Origin: an uncultured virus (IMG/VR IMGVR_UViG_2788500352_000001)
Lineage: Duplodnaviria; Heunggongvirae; Uroviricota; Caudoviricetes
IMG/VR virus record: IMGVR_UViG_2788500352_000001
Strand: one strand, 5' to 3'
DNA: 64,000 bases
Positions 1 to 9,151 of this stretch are shown piece after piece; within the stretch, counting starts at the first letter, position 1, and each line of letters starts with the position of its first letter. Under the pieces are notes generated by a model that was not told where the DNA came from, ran no database searches, and was given only the letters and a program-made list of their open reading frames with translations. The position numbers and the translations under genes are program-made.

Positions 1-408
1 GTTCTTTCGGTCCGCCGTCAGCACCGTGCCTTCGATAATCGCCGTCAGCACGTGGGCTGCCATATCGTAGGAAATGCGCGTCCCGTCTTTAAACAACGTC
101 GTGCGCTTGTTCTCATCGCTTTCCGGAAGTTCAATTTCACCCGCGTAAAAACTCCCGATAATGAAGCCTTCCTCCGGCCCCGTCGGCAGGAAAAGGCAGA
201 GCACATCCTCGCCGACATTGACGCTGTTGAAGTCCTTCGTGGCAAAGGTGTTGCGCTGCAGAATCGGCAGGTCAAAAGAAACCGTACCGTCATCATCGTC
301 AAAAACCACGCGGGCCGTTCCCTTTTTCGGGTTGATACTTGAAACCTCTCCGATCCGGATCAGGTCATTAATCTTTTCCGGCAGCGCGGAGTGTTCAAAA
401 AGTCCCAT
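1..408 (-). CDS. Baseplate assembly protein V / spike (runs off window edge)
   Basis: Own translation MGLFEHSALPEKINDLIRIGEVSSINPKKGTARVVFDD...VGEDVLCLF; GpV-like OB-fold start; follows late control D. Confidence 0.85.
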   Translation of the reverse strand, partial: MGLFEHSALPEKINDLIRIGEVSSINPKKGTARVVFDDDDGTVSFDLPILQRNTFATKDFNSVNVGEDVLCLFLPTGPEEGFIIGSFYAGEIELPESDENKRTTLFKDGTRISYDMAAHVLTAIIEGTVLTADRKN

Positions 409-409
409 C

Positions 410-1495
410 TCAATACGCGTTGTTCACACGCCTCAAACTAATGTCCGTTCTGTAGCCGGACGAATCCAGCGAATGCACTGCTTCTTCGATGATGAAGTTC
501 CCGTCAAAGCTGCCGAAGCCGCTGCACTCAACAACGGCACCGGCCACAAGCATGACATCGCCAATAACTGAAATCCGCCCCGTCACCCGACGTTTGTTGA
601 GGCTGCGCAACTTTGCCGTTGCAAGGCGCTTTGCCTCCTCAAGGGACTTAGCCCGGCGCTTGAGGGCATACTCCTGCCCGTTCGGATCGGCATCCGGATC
701 GGTGGCCGTGTAGGTCATCACTGCCGGATTTGTGCTTTTCCCGGATACCGGTCGCAGGTTGAAGTCATAACCGCCCGCCTTTTGCTTGGTTTTCTGTTTC
801 GGGTCCCGGTAGGACACCGTACAGGTGCGGTATGACTCGCTCTGAGCACTCTCAAATTCCCAAGAAATGACCTGCGATGTACCCAACACGAGCGTTTCAA
901 CCGGCGCTTTCTTTTCGTAAGCCGCCTGATCAAACACCACAATCTGATCATCTGTGACCTTCAGGGAAAAGCCCGCTTCATCGGTAAGCCTCACCAAAAA
1001 CGCAAGATCACTCTCTTTTGACTGATCCTGCCTGTCGTACTCCGGATCCGTCTGCGTATCAAAGAGAAGCCCCACACCAGCCTCACCTGCAATTGATCCG
1101 GCAATCGCTTTGAGCGTTGTCTTCTCCCAGGCCCGGGTTCGTAGCCTGCGGCGAATCGGCTTATTCATAGGCACCGACACCGCCCTCATTTCGAATACTC
1201 TGGGCGATCCGGACACCCGCAGCGTATCTGCGTAAAAAGTACCGCATGCGAGCTCAATGCCGGGGATAAGAACAGTTCCGGCAGACAAAAAAGCCTGAAC
1301 CACCTCGCCGCCGTCAGGCTTCCACTGCGATGCCCACTTCCCATCCGGGTCCATGAGCGTCAACGTCACCTCATCGGCCTCGGCATTCTCTTTGTCGGTA
1401 TAGGAAAAGGAAAGAAGATCCGGCATCAGATCCTCCGTCACGTCCGTTTTCGATGCAGAAAAAAGCAACCGAAGTCTTGTCTGCAGCGGTTCCAT
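410..1495 (-). CDS. Late control D / baseplate hub protein
   Basis: LLSFSYTDKENAEADEVTLTL and DQSKESDLAFLVRL motifs; ATG overlaps upstream stop (TGATG). Confidence 0.88.
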   Translation of the reverse strand: MEPLQTRLRLLFSASKTDVTEDLMPDLLSFSYTDKENAEADEVTLTLMDPDGKWASQWKPDGGEVVQAFLSAGTVLIPGIELACGTFYADTLRVSGSPRVFEMRAVSVPMNKPIRRRLRTRAWEKTTLKAIAGSIAGEAGVGLLFDTQTDPEYDRQDQSKESDLAFLVRLTDEAGFSLKVTDDQIVVFDQAAYEKKAPVETLVLGTSQVISWEFESAQSESYRTCTVSYRDPKQKTKQKAGGYDFNLRPVSGKSTNPAVMTYTATDPDADPNGQEYALKRRAKSLEEAKRLATAKLRSLNKRRVTGRISVIGDVMLVAGAVVECSGFGSFDGNFIIEEAVHSLDSSGYRTDISLRRVNNAY

Positions 1496-1710
1496 CAGTT
1501 TCTCCTTTTCCAAGGCGGAAGGTTGAGCTCGTATGCCGCCGACTGCGTATTGATCTCTGGCACTGCCAGCCGCTTCCCATACGAAAAAACCACAGTCTTC
1601 CTGTGGTTTATGTTGGCCCGGATGAGAACATCCAGAAAACGCTCATCCCCATAGAGGCGCTTTGCTATCGCATCCCAGGTGTCGCCCTGTTTGGTGACAT
1701 ACTCCGTCAT
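1495..1710 (-). CDS. Tail protein X (LysM-like)
   Basis: YVTKQGDTWDAIAKRLYG motif, 71 aa, after tape measure. Confidence 0.9.
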   Translation of the reverse strand: MTEYVTKQGDTWDAIAKRLYGDERFLDVLIRANINHRKTVVFSYGKRLAVPEINTQSAAYELNLPPWKRRN

Positions 1711-1719
1711 TAAAGCTCC

Positions 1720-4700
1720 TTAGGAAAATGAGAGTCTCCGTTCTTCCGCCATAAGGCGCTGCAGATCCTGCTTCAGACTCTTGCTGCCCTCGGTCAACCC
1801 GCGGCGCACCCCTTCATATGCATCTTTGCCGCCGGATACATTGATGACCGGCGCGAAGTTCACATTAATGGAAGCCGGCCCCTTGCCTCCCACTTCCGGC
1901 AAACGGGAGAGCGGAAGAATGGCCTCAGACTCTTTACCTTCGCCAACCATTGCCAAGGTCGGCCCCGTTGCGATTCCGCCCTCAGCAAGCTGGGGAACCT
2001 TCGGAATGTCCACAGACAACGTCTTTCCGCCGAGGCCGGGAACCCAGTCCGGCACCTTAAACGAGAGCAGGCTGTTGATTGCACCGATGAGCGAATTGAT
2101 CATCCCGATCACCGAGTTAATCGGCCCCTTAGCAGCCGCTGCAATGGTGTTCCAGGTCTGCGTCATGTATGCCTTGACGGTATCCCAGTTTTTATAAAGG
2201 GCAATACCGGCGGCCACAAGGCCGGCAATTGCTGTGACAGCAAGACCTATGGGATTAGCGCACATAAAGCGCAGAGCAATGCCAAGCCCCTTGACCGCCA
2301 ACGTCAACCCCTTGGCAACAACCCCGGCTCCGGCGCAGGCTACAGACCATACTTTTGCTGCCGCTCCGCCAGTAAGCATGGATGTCCTGACAGCCAATAC
2401 AGCCTTTGAAGCAGCAAAAATCGGAGCAAAAATCAGCCCCACAGCCATACGTATTGCATGAAATGCCATCACAGTTGTCAAGGCAGCACCACCCGCCGTC
2501 ATCAATCCTGAAACGAGGGTCTGATTTCGCGAAACCCAATCACCGACCACCTCGCCCATTCGGACAAACTCAAGCATTGTCGTCCGCAGGGGGTCCAGTA
2601 ACGGCGCACCCACAGCCCCGCTGACATAACTGATCGCATGGCCAGCCAGTTCCAAAGCATTTGAGGTCGTTTTCATTCGAGCCTCAAATTCACCGAGCAT
2701 TGATCCGGAGTAGTTCTCCCGCTTAGCCACCAACTCGAAGTTTTTCGCCAGCAGTTCCGTGTTTGCCAGCATCGGACCAAGCGCCCGAGCACCTTCATCC
2801 CCAAACATTGCGGTGAGATACTGCATCTGAAGCTCTTTGGGAATCTTCACCTTGATGCCGTTGAGCACATCCATGATGGCTTTCGGGGCATCCTTCTGAA
2901 TCTGCTTTTGCAGCTGAATCGGATCAAACCCGACGTTACCGAATGCGGCAGCCTGAAGATCCGTCATACCGCCGCCACGGGTCAGAGCACGCATGAATGC
3001 GTTGATACCCGTGGCCGCCACCTCGGCTTCAGCCCCTGAGCTGATGACTGTGGCAGCAAGAGCGGCCGTCTGTGTTTCCGTCAACCCTGCAACCTTTCCC
3101 AAAGCACCATACCGCTGCAGTGTTTTTCCGATCTGTTTAGCCTGAGCCGCGTTTGCATTGCTCAGAGCATTCGTCGCATCCGCCAGGGCCACCGTCTGAT
3201 CCTGCGTCAGTTGCATACCAGAACGCCACTTCGCCATCATTTCACCGGCATCGGCCGCTGTCATGTCAAAAGCCACGCCCATTTTTGCCGCTTGTTCAGT
3301 AAAGGCAGCCAGCTCACCTGCCGCAACGCCGGACTGTCCGGCCGCTGCCGCAATCTGCGCTAATCCTTCTGCAGTCACCGGGATAGACAGACTCATTTTT
3401 TCCAAAGTCGTCTGCATTTTCGCAAGTCCCTGAGGATCATCGAAATCCACAACTTTCGCAATATCGGCCATAGCATCCTGCATACTCATGGCCGCCTTAA
3501 CAGGCGCAGACAGGGCATGAACAGCCTTTTCTCCGACGAACTGCATCATCACAACAGAAGAAACTGCCAAGTCCGCGCTCGCTTGCATGCGCTGTCCTGC
3601 CTTCAGCTGTTTTGCCTCTACCGACAGCAACCTGCGGCGAGCCGCAGTCAACCTTACAACCGCCTGCTCCATTTGCGCTTGTGACTGCGCCAAATCCTTT
3701 GTCGTCTTACCGTATTGAGACAGGGCAGCATTCCCCTTGCGGACACTGTCTTTCTGAGCATCAAGCGCCCTCTTCGCCTTTCTGAGCTTTTCCTGCTGCT
3801 CANGCTGAATCGGATCAAACCCGACGTTACCGAATGCGGCAGCCTGAAGATCCGTCATACCGCCGCCACGGGTCAGAGCACGCATGAATGCGTTGATACC
3901 CGTGGCCGCCACCTCGGCTTCAGCCCCTGAGCTGATGACTGTGGCAGCAAGAGCGGCCGTCTGTGTTTCCGTCAACCCTGCAACCTTTCCCAAAGCACCA
4001 TACCGCTGCAGTGTTTTTCCGATCTGTTTAGCCTGAGCCGCGTTTGCATTGCTCAGAGCATTCGTCGCATCCGCCAGGGCCACCGTCTGATCCTGCGTCA
4101 GTTGCATACCAGAACGCCACTTCGCCATCATTTCACCGGCATCGGCCGCTGTCATGTCAAAAGCCACGCCCATTTTTGCCGCTTGTTCAGTAAAGGCAGC
4201 CAGCTCACCTGCCGCAACGCCGGACTGTCCGGCCGCTGCCGCAATCTGCGCTAATCCTTCTGCAGTCACCGGGATAGACAGACTCATTTTTTCCAAAGTC
4301 GTCTGCATTTTCGCAAGTCCCTGAGGATCATCGAAATCCACAACTTTCGCAATATCGGCCATAGCATCCTGCATACTCATGGCCGCCTTAACAGGCGCAG
4401 ACAGGGCATGAACAGCCTTTTCTCCGACGAACTGCATCATCACAACAGAAGAAACTGCCAAGTCCGCGCTCGCTTGCATGCGCTGTCCTGCCTTCAGCTG
4501 TTTTGCCTCTACCGACAGTAACCTGCGGCGAGCCGCAGTCAACCTTACAACCGCCTGCTCCATTTGCGCTTGTGACTGCGCCAAATCCTTTGTCGTCTTA
4601 CCGTATTGAGACAGGGCAGCATTCCCCTTGCGGACACTGTCTTTCTGAGCATCAAGCGCCCTCTTCGCCTTTCTGAGCTTTTCCTGCTGCTCAGACAAAG

Positions 4701-4971
4701 CCTTCAGCATTTCTGTTGACGGCGATTTCGTTCCGGCAACTGCTTTACTCAGACTATCAACAGCAGCCTTACAGCGGAAGAACTCTGCCGCAGCCGCTTT
4801 TGCCCGTTCCCTGGCAGCAATCAACCCTCTGATGTCTTTACTCGTTTTATTGAGTTCTGCTGTTTTTTCAGACAAATTTTGGGTATTTGCAGCTGCCTTA
4901 CTGAAATCCGTTGCGAATTGGCTGCTGTATTTCGATTGCAAGCGAAACAAAATTTCGTATTCATTCGCCAT
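1720..4971 (-). CDS. Tail tape measure protein (length inflated by probable assembly duplication; likely ~786 aa)
   Basis: Ala-rich helical protein, MADIAKVVDF core, NPIGLAVTAIAGLVAAGIALYKNWD motif. Confidence 0.92.
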   Translation of the reverse strand: MANEYEILFRLQSKYSSQFATDFSKAAANTQNLSEKTAELNKTSKDIRGLIAARERAKAAAAEFFRCKAAVDSLSKAVAGTKSPSTEMLKALSEQQEKLRKAKRALDAQKDSVRKGNAALSQYGKTTKDLAQSQAQMEQAVVRLTAARRRLLSVEAKQLKAGQRMQASADLAVSSVVMMQFVGEKAVHALSAPVKAAMSMQDAMADIAKVVDFDDPQGLAKMQTTLEKMSLSIPVTAEGLAQIAAAAGQSGVAAGELAAFTEQAAKMGVAFDMTAADAGEMMAKWRSGMQLTQDQTVALADATNALSNANAAQAKQIGKTLQRYGALGKVAGLTETQTAALAATVISSGAEAEVAATGINAFMRALTRGGGMTDLQAAAFGNVGFDPIQXEQQEKLRKAKRALDAQKDSVRKGNAALSQYGKTTKDLAQSQAQMEQAVVRLTAARRRLLSVEAKQLKAGQRMQASADLAVSSVVMMQFVGEKAVHALSAPVKAAMSMQDAMADIAKVVDFDDPQGLAKMQTTLEKMSLSIPVTAEGLAQIAAAAGQSGVAAGELAAFTEQAAKMGVAFDMTAADAGEMMAKWRSGMQLTQDQTVALADATNALSNANAAQAKQIGKTLQRYGALGKVAGLTETQTAALAATVISSGAEAEVAATGINAFMRALTRGGGMTDLQAAAFGNVGFDPIQLQKQIQKDAPKAIMDVLNGIKVKIPKELQMQYLTAMFGDEGARALGPMLANTELLAKNFELVAKRENYSGSMLGEFEARMKTTSNALELAGHAISYVSGAVGAPLLDPLRTTMLEFVRMGEVVGDWVSRNQTLVSGLMTAGGAALTTVMAFHAIRMAVGLIFAPIFAASKAVLAVRTSMLTGGAAAKVWSVACAGAGVVAKGLTLAVKGLGIALRFMCANPIGLAVTAIAGLVAAGIALYKNWDTVKAYMTQTWNTIAAAAKGPINSVIGMINSLIGAINSLLSFKVPDWVPGLGGKTLSVDIPKVPQLAEGGIATGPTLAMVGEGKESEAILPLSRLPEVGGKGPASINVNFAPVINVSGGKDAYEGVRRGLTEGSKSLKQDLQRLMAEERRLSFS
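2913..4693. repeat. 890-bp direct duplication around a single N
   Basis: 2913-3802 repeats as 3804-4693; N at 3803; one mismatch seen (C3628 vs T4519). Confidence 0.95.
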
Positions 4972-5022
4972 ATTTCAACCAAAAATCAATAAAATTGCTT
5001 AAGAGGAGTATGGAGACACACA

Positions 5023-5208
5023 ATGTTTTACAACAGCGCTTCAACAAACCCTGAACTTCCCATAGAGATCCAGGAACTCGCCAGAACTCCCTTTTCCGAC
5101 GCGATGGATCTGATCGGTGCCGTACTTAAATTGCTGGGAATTTTTCTGCTCTTTGCTGTCTGCTTTGGTGCCGGCATCATTTTTTATGTGACCTACTTCA
5201 TCAAGTAA
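5023..5208 (+). CDS. Small membrane protein (moron) antisense to tail operon
   Basis: 61 aa, C-terminal hydrophobic helix, GGAG RBS, fits the gap between chaperone extension and tape measure. Confidence 0.65.
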   Translation: MFYNSASTNPELPIEIQELARTPFSDAMDLIGAVLKLLGIFLLFAVCFGAGIIFYVTYFIK

Positions 5209-5451
5209 CTACTTTCGGACTTTCAACTCATCCGCAACAGCCTCACACCACTCATAAAGCTCCGTAATCGGCCGCTCAAACCACTCAGCAGCACTTCCTC
5301 CGGCACCTGATGCAGCCAATCTGAAACAGCAGCGCATCAGGTTTTTTATTCCTTCGTCAATGTCACCGCCTGCTGCTCTGTCGTTACCCGATCCTTGGCC
5401 TGCTGAATTATTCGGGCCTCGACCTCTCCGAAACCCGACAAGAGCAAAAAA
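5209..5451 (-). CDS. -1 frameshift extension of tail assembly chaperone (gpE'-like)
   Basis: T TTT TTG at 5451-5445; -1 frame open to TAG at 5209, ending WFERPITELYEWCEAVADELKVRK. Confidence 0.7.
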   Translation of the reverse strand, partial: FFALVGFRRGRGPNNSAGQGSGNDRAAGGDIDEGIKNLMRCCFRLAASGAGGSAAEWFERPITELYEWCEAVADELKVRK

Positions 5452-5732
5452 TTAATCACCGTCTGCGTGATGACGACATAATCCGGAGCCGGAATGTAGT
5501 CAAAAAGCTCCACCGGCAACTTAGAAGCTCTGGCCGCCAGATAAGATGCAAAATCAGAATCAGCCGACAACACAAAGGACACCTTTTGAGGATTGGCGAG
5601 TTCAAACTCCTTTTTTGCTTCCTTGATATCGCGACCGCTCAACGAGTCCAGATCCAACGGGATCATTTCGTAAGTCTTGTCTTCAAACTTTACCGGCCTT
5701 AAAAGCTTGTGCACCACATTGCTCATTGTCAC
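5346..5732 (-). CDS. Tail assembly chaperone (gpE / Mu gp41-like)
   Basis: Between tube and tape measure; LDLDSLSGRDI...PAPDY pattern. Confidence 0.85.
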   Translation of the reverse strand: MTMSNVVHKLLRPVKFEDKTYEMIPLDLDSLSGRDIKEAKKEFELANPQKVSFVLSADSDFASYLAARASKLPVELFDYIPAPDYVVITQTVINFLLLSGFGEVEARIIQQAKDRVTTEQQAVTLTKE

Positions 5733-5772
5733 GTCTCCTCATCCCCGGACTGGCCGGGGATATCTTGTCTCA

Positions 5773-6306
5773 TCAGTTCAGTCCCAGATCGCCGCGGACG
5801 GACGACAGAATGTCTGTGTCGCCGAACTTAGCCACATAGTTGAACTTGTCGATTTCAATCGCGGCCTTGCCGTCCACATAGAGCTTGAGGTACATCACCT
5901 CAAATTCTTGTTCGGTGTCCGTCGTTGCCCCCGTCTCAAAGGAGCCAAGGTTTGTCGACTTCGTCGCAATCCTCAGCGTCATTCGCACGGGCTTGGTCGA
6001 GTACGTCCCTTCGGAGGCGTCATAGACCTGCTGCGAGCCGCGGACTTCCACGGAGTGCGCACCGGGCGATGCAAGCGACATTGCCGCCTTCTCAATCGTC
6101 CGCCAGTTAAAGCTGACAGTGATCGAGCTGTAATGTCCGAGCACCGGGCTTTCCACTTCCCCGGCAATGCCGGCACCGCTCACGGTGTCTGTCATGGCTT
6201 CAATCGTCGGGAGCGTGACGGTCGCAATCCCGAGCAGATCGTTGTTGTCGTTATAGACACGAAAGCCGATCAGCCGCTCCGGAATCTTGTTGGATCCTGC
6301 TGCCAT
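5773..6306 (-). CDS. Major tail tube protein (P2 FII-like)
   Basis: VTLPTIEAMTDTVSGAGIAGEV...YLKLYVDGK..EIDKFN motifs. Confidence 0.92.
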   Translation of the reverse strand: MAAGSNKIPERLIGFRVYNDNNDLLGIATVTLPTIEAMTDTVSGAGIAGEVESPVLGHYSSITVSFNWRTIEKAAMSLASPGAHSVEVRGSQQVYDASEGTYSTKPVRMTLRIATKSTNLGSFETGATTDTEQEFEVMYLKLYVDGKAAIEIDKFNYVAKFGDTDILSSVRGDLGLN

Positions 6307-6321
6307 TCTCTTTTCCTCTCA

Positions 6322-7803
6322 TTAACCAAAAAGTGTCTGCAGATAGCTCGGGTCATACTCAAGCACGAACGAGATCTCGCGGTTCGGACTGGGCGGCGTA
6401 ATGCGCACATGGAAGACTGAAATGCCGTCCATTAAATCCGTTGTGGGGTTGTCCGATTCGCGGAACTCCACAGTGCCTCCCAGGATGTACTGCTTGGCCG
6501 CAAGGCCGTTCATCCAGATGTTGGCCGAATCCACAATCACATCCACCTGGCGGCGCGTGAGCGGATAGTCAACACGCTGCCAGAAGGTCTGCACAAATGT
6601 GTTACCGACCCAGGCAAACATACGCCGGATCGGAATAAAGGCATCCTTCACGTCAGTGTTAGCCGGGTAGCAGGCTGTACGGTTTCCCCAGCACTTCCAG
6701 CCGCCTGTGAAGTTCAGAGCCGTCACAATTCCCTGGCCATTAAGGTAAGCGGCCGTCTCAACATCCAGCCACACCTCTTCGCCGTCGTCAAGAACCGCCG
6801 ATGTCATCTGGTAATTCTTGTTGGATGGCGAGACGTAGGGCACATCATCGTTTTCAGAATCCACCTGACCAATGAGGCCCGCAAGTTGCGTGGACTGATT
6901 AAAGACGATGCCGTCTAAAGCAAGCTTCGGCCAGCAGGCAATCTGCGTCGGATCCGTCACATTGTTCGTGTTCTTCCAGGCTGCGGCTTCAGTGTAGGTC
7001 TTCACCTCATCGGTCGGGATGTCAACGATGCAGACAGCATTAAAAACGGAATTGATGCCGGAGGACTTTGCAGCCATCACGGCAGCCACGCCCGGATTCT
7101 CGGAAAATCCCGGAGCAATGATGAGACCGGGCACCAAACGGAAACGCGGGAAGCATTCGCTCACCAGTTCAAGACCGCTCTTGACACCGGCAGCGGTCAC
7201 ACCGCCGATGATGTCATCAGCCGACACCTTGGACGGGTCGAGCTTTTCAGCTGCAAACGTCAAGTCCCTGCCCGTCGCGCAAAGGAAGTCGCCTTCGGAG
7301 TTCTTAAGCGACGTAACCACCAACTGGCCGTCATCGTCAAAGGAGAGCGTGTAGTCCGTCCCCAGGGCGTAATCACCGCTCGTTCCGGAGAGAACAACAG
7401 TGGACGCAATGATGGCCGTTTCCGGAATCGTGGCACTGCCGGTCTTTGTGTCCAAAGCCACCTGAGTAATGGAGGCCGTCACCTTGTGCTTTGTCGGGTC
7501 AAGCACGTTAACAATGATCGCGGGCCCGACGCCGAACAGCGAGAACTGCGAGTAAATGAACTCGGAGATCGAAAAGCCGAACTTCTTCAGGCCGCTTGCC
7601 GCATCATCCGCAGGCGGCACGTAACCAAACTCCTTCACCGCCTCAGCGTAGGAGTAAACGAGCTTCGGCACATTGACGTTGGACGGATCGGTCATGTTGA
7701 CCGGAGCCGTGCCGACGATAAAGGGAATGCCGGCAGACACCTCTGCTGTCGGCAGCAACGAGGTAGCTACCTCGGAAATTCTGACACCGTGGTTATAAGC
7801 CAT
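6322..7803 (-). CDS. Tail sheath protein
   Basis: MAYNHGVRISE start, YLNGQGIVT, WGNRT motifs. Confidence 0.95.
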   Translation of the reverse strand: MAYNHGVRISEVATSLLPTAEVSAGIPFIVGTAPVNMTDPSNVNVPKLVYSYAEAVKEFGYVPPADDAASGLKKFGFSISEFIYSQFSLFGVGPAIIVNVLDPTKHKVTASITQVALDTKTGSATIPETAIIASTVVLSGTSGDYALGTDYTLSFDDDGQLVVTSLKNSEGDFLCATGRDLTFAAEKLDPSKVSADDIIGGVTAAGVKSGLELVSECFPRFRLVPGLIIAPGFSENPGVAAVMAAKSSGINSVFNAVCIVDIPTDEVKTYTEAAAWKNTNNVTDPTQIACWPKLALDGIVFNQSTQLAGLIGQVDSENDDVPYVSPSNKNYQMTSAVLDDGEEVWLDVETAAYLNGQGIVTALNFTGGWKCWGNRTACYPANTDVKDAFIPIRRMFAWVGNTFVQTFWQRVDYPLTRRQVDVIVDSANIWMNGLAAKQYILGGTVEFRESDNPTTDLMDGISVFHVRITPPSPNREISFVLEYDPSYLQTLFG

Positions 7804-7822
7804 AGTCAGTGCTCCATAAATT

Positions 7823-8278
7823 TCAGAATTGATCTTCAAACTGCGGCGTTTTAATGAGCCACCGGGTACTCATCGACATCTGCCAGTTGGGCCAGGGCTG
7901 ATCGTCCGGCAGCCTGCACTCCAAAGGGAACTGCAGCACGTAGCGGCGATCCAGCGTCTGCATCGGCATCCTGAGCAAAGCCGTCCGGATACGCTCTGCC
8001 ATCGTCAGCAGATAGGCGTAGCCGTCATTACTGGTACTGTGACAGCAGAGAATGAGGTCAACCGTGACCTCCGTCACTTCACGTTCAGCCGTTGACCCCA
8101 TCACACGGACAATGATCTGCGGCGAGAAGTCCAGGTCCGTTTCGCGCTTCTGGGGCAAATACCCGTCAACAACTACCGGCTTGCGCATCAGCTGGTCATC
8201 GCAGGGCATGGCCGAAAAGGTTTGCGACAAATCCGCCAGAAAAGACCGCAGCGCAGCGGCCAACATAATCTCAACCAC
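7823..8278 (-). CDS. Tail completion/terminator protein (putative)
   Basis: Synteny upstream of sheath. Confidence 0.55.
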   Translation of the reverse strand: MVEIMLAAALRSFLADLSQTFSAMPCDDQLMRKPVVVDGYLPQKRETDLDFSPQIIVRVMGSTAEREVTEVTVDLILCCHSTSNDGYAYLLTMAERIRTALLRMPMQTLDRRYVLQFPLECRLPDDQPWPNWQMSMSTRWLIKTPQFEDQF

Positions 8279-8843
8279 TTCGCTTCTTCTCCATCAGACG
8301 TTTTGTTTCATGTTCCAGGCGCTCAGAAAGCGTTTCGGAAATCACCTGTTCAACGAGTTCGTGACGACCATCCTCCGAGAGCATCTCCGGAACGGAGATT
8401 TCCTTCAGATGCACAATCGGATAGCGGCCGGGCCCGACACGGGTAAATATCTGTCCCTTGTGCTTAAAGCCCCTGGGAAGAACCTTCGGCTTCCCGCGCT
8501 GTGCCTCCACCCTAATCTGACGCTGTCCGGATCCTGTTGTTTCGGCCACGCCCGCCGGGCGATGCCTGAACTTCATCAGAGGAATCCTTCGGCCTTTGCT
8601 GACAATCTCTCCGGTCGTAGAGTTCGGGCTGAACTTCTGCACCCTGAACGTCCGCTTCACATCCGAGGACCTGATCGTGTAATCCTGCGTGACCGCTTTC
8701 GCGGCCGCAGTCTTACCCCGGTCAATCGCACGGTTGGCTGCCAGAGAGAACGCCTTTTGCAGACCGCCCGGTATCCCCTGCAGGTACATCCGGGCATGCT
8801 CAAGGGCATCATTGTCGACAGAAACGTTGAACTGCGATTTCAC
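8271..8843 (-). CDS. Minor tail protein Z-like
   Basis: Basic protein, AANRAIDRGKT...RYPI..L...SVPEML pattern; synteny. Confidence 0.75.
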   Translation of the reverse strand: MKSQFNVSVDNDALEHARMYLQGIPGGLQKAFSLAANRAIDRGKTAAAKAVTQDYTIRSSDVKRTFRVQKFSPNSTTGEIVSKGRRIPLMKFRHRPAGVAETTGSGQRQIRVEAQRGKPKVLPRGFKHKGQIFTRVGPGRYPIVHLKEISVPEMLSEDGRHELVEQVISETLSERLEHETKRLMEKKRSG

Positions 8844-9151
8844 CGCGCCTTCCTTTCGGCCTTGATCACAATGAGTCCGTCCTCATCGCTGACGTGCTTC
8901 ACAACAAACATAACGTTGTCAATAGTGAACACCTCATCAACCGCCGGGGCCCGTATCTCGGAGGAGAGCACATAGACGGTCGTGAGCAGCGTGTACACGC
9001 CCTCATAAAGAGAGGGCGCGGTATCAGCCTCATTCGTGTCGATGATGCAGCGCAACCGACGCCCGTTGATCTCATGAACTTCGGCAAACTCCTCCATGTT
9101 CATGAAAACCGTCAGGGCGTCACGCGCCACCATATCCTTGAACCTGCTCAT
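8840..9151 (-). CDS. Head-tail joining protein (gpFII-like)
   Basis: FMNMEEFAEVHEING pattern; directly after capsid. Confidence 0.7.
   Translation of the reverse strand: MSRFKDMVARDALTVFMNMEEFAEVHEINGRRLRCIIDTNEADTAPSLYEGVYTLLTTVYVLSSEIRAPAVDEVFTIDNVMFVVKHVSDEDGLIVIKAERKAR

Noticed and set aside
2913..4693. In-frame 297-aa internal duplication of the tape measure protein
   Set aside because: The two 890-bp copies are near identical and joined by a single N, the signature of overlapping contig ends in a scaffold; treat as artefact unless long reads span it
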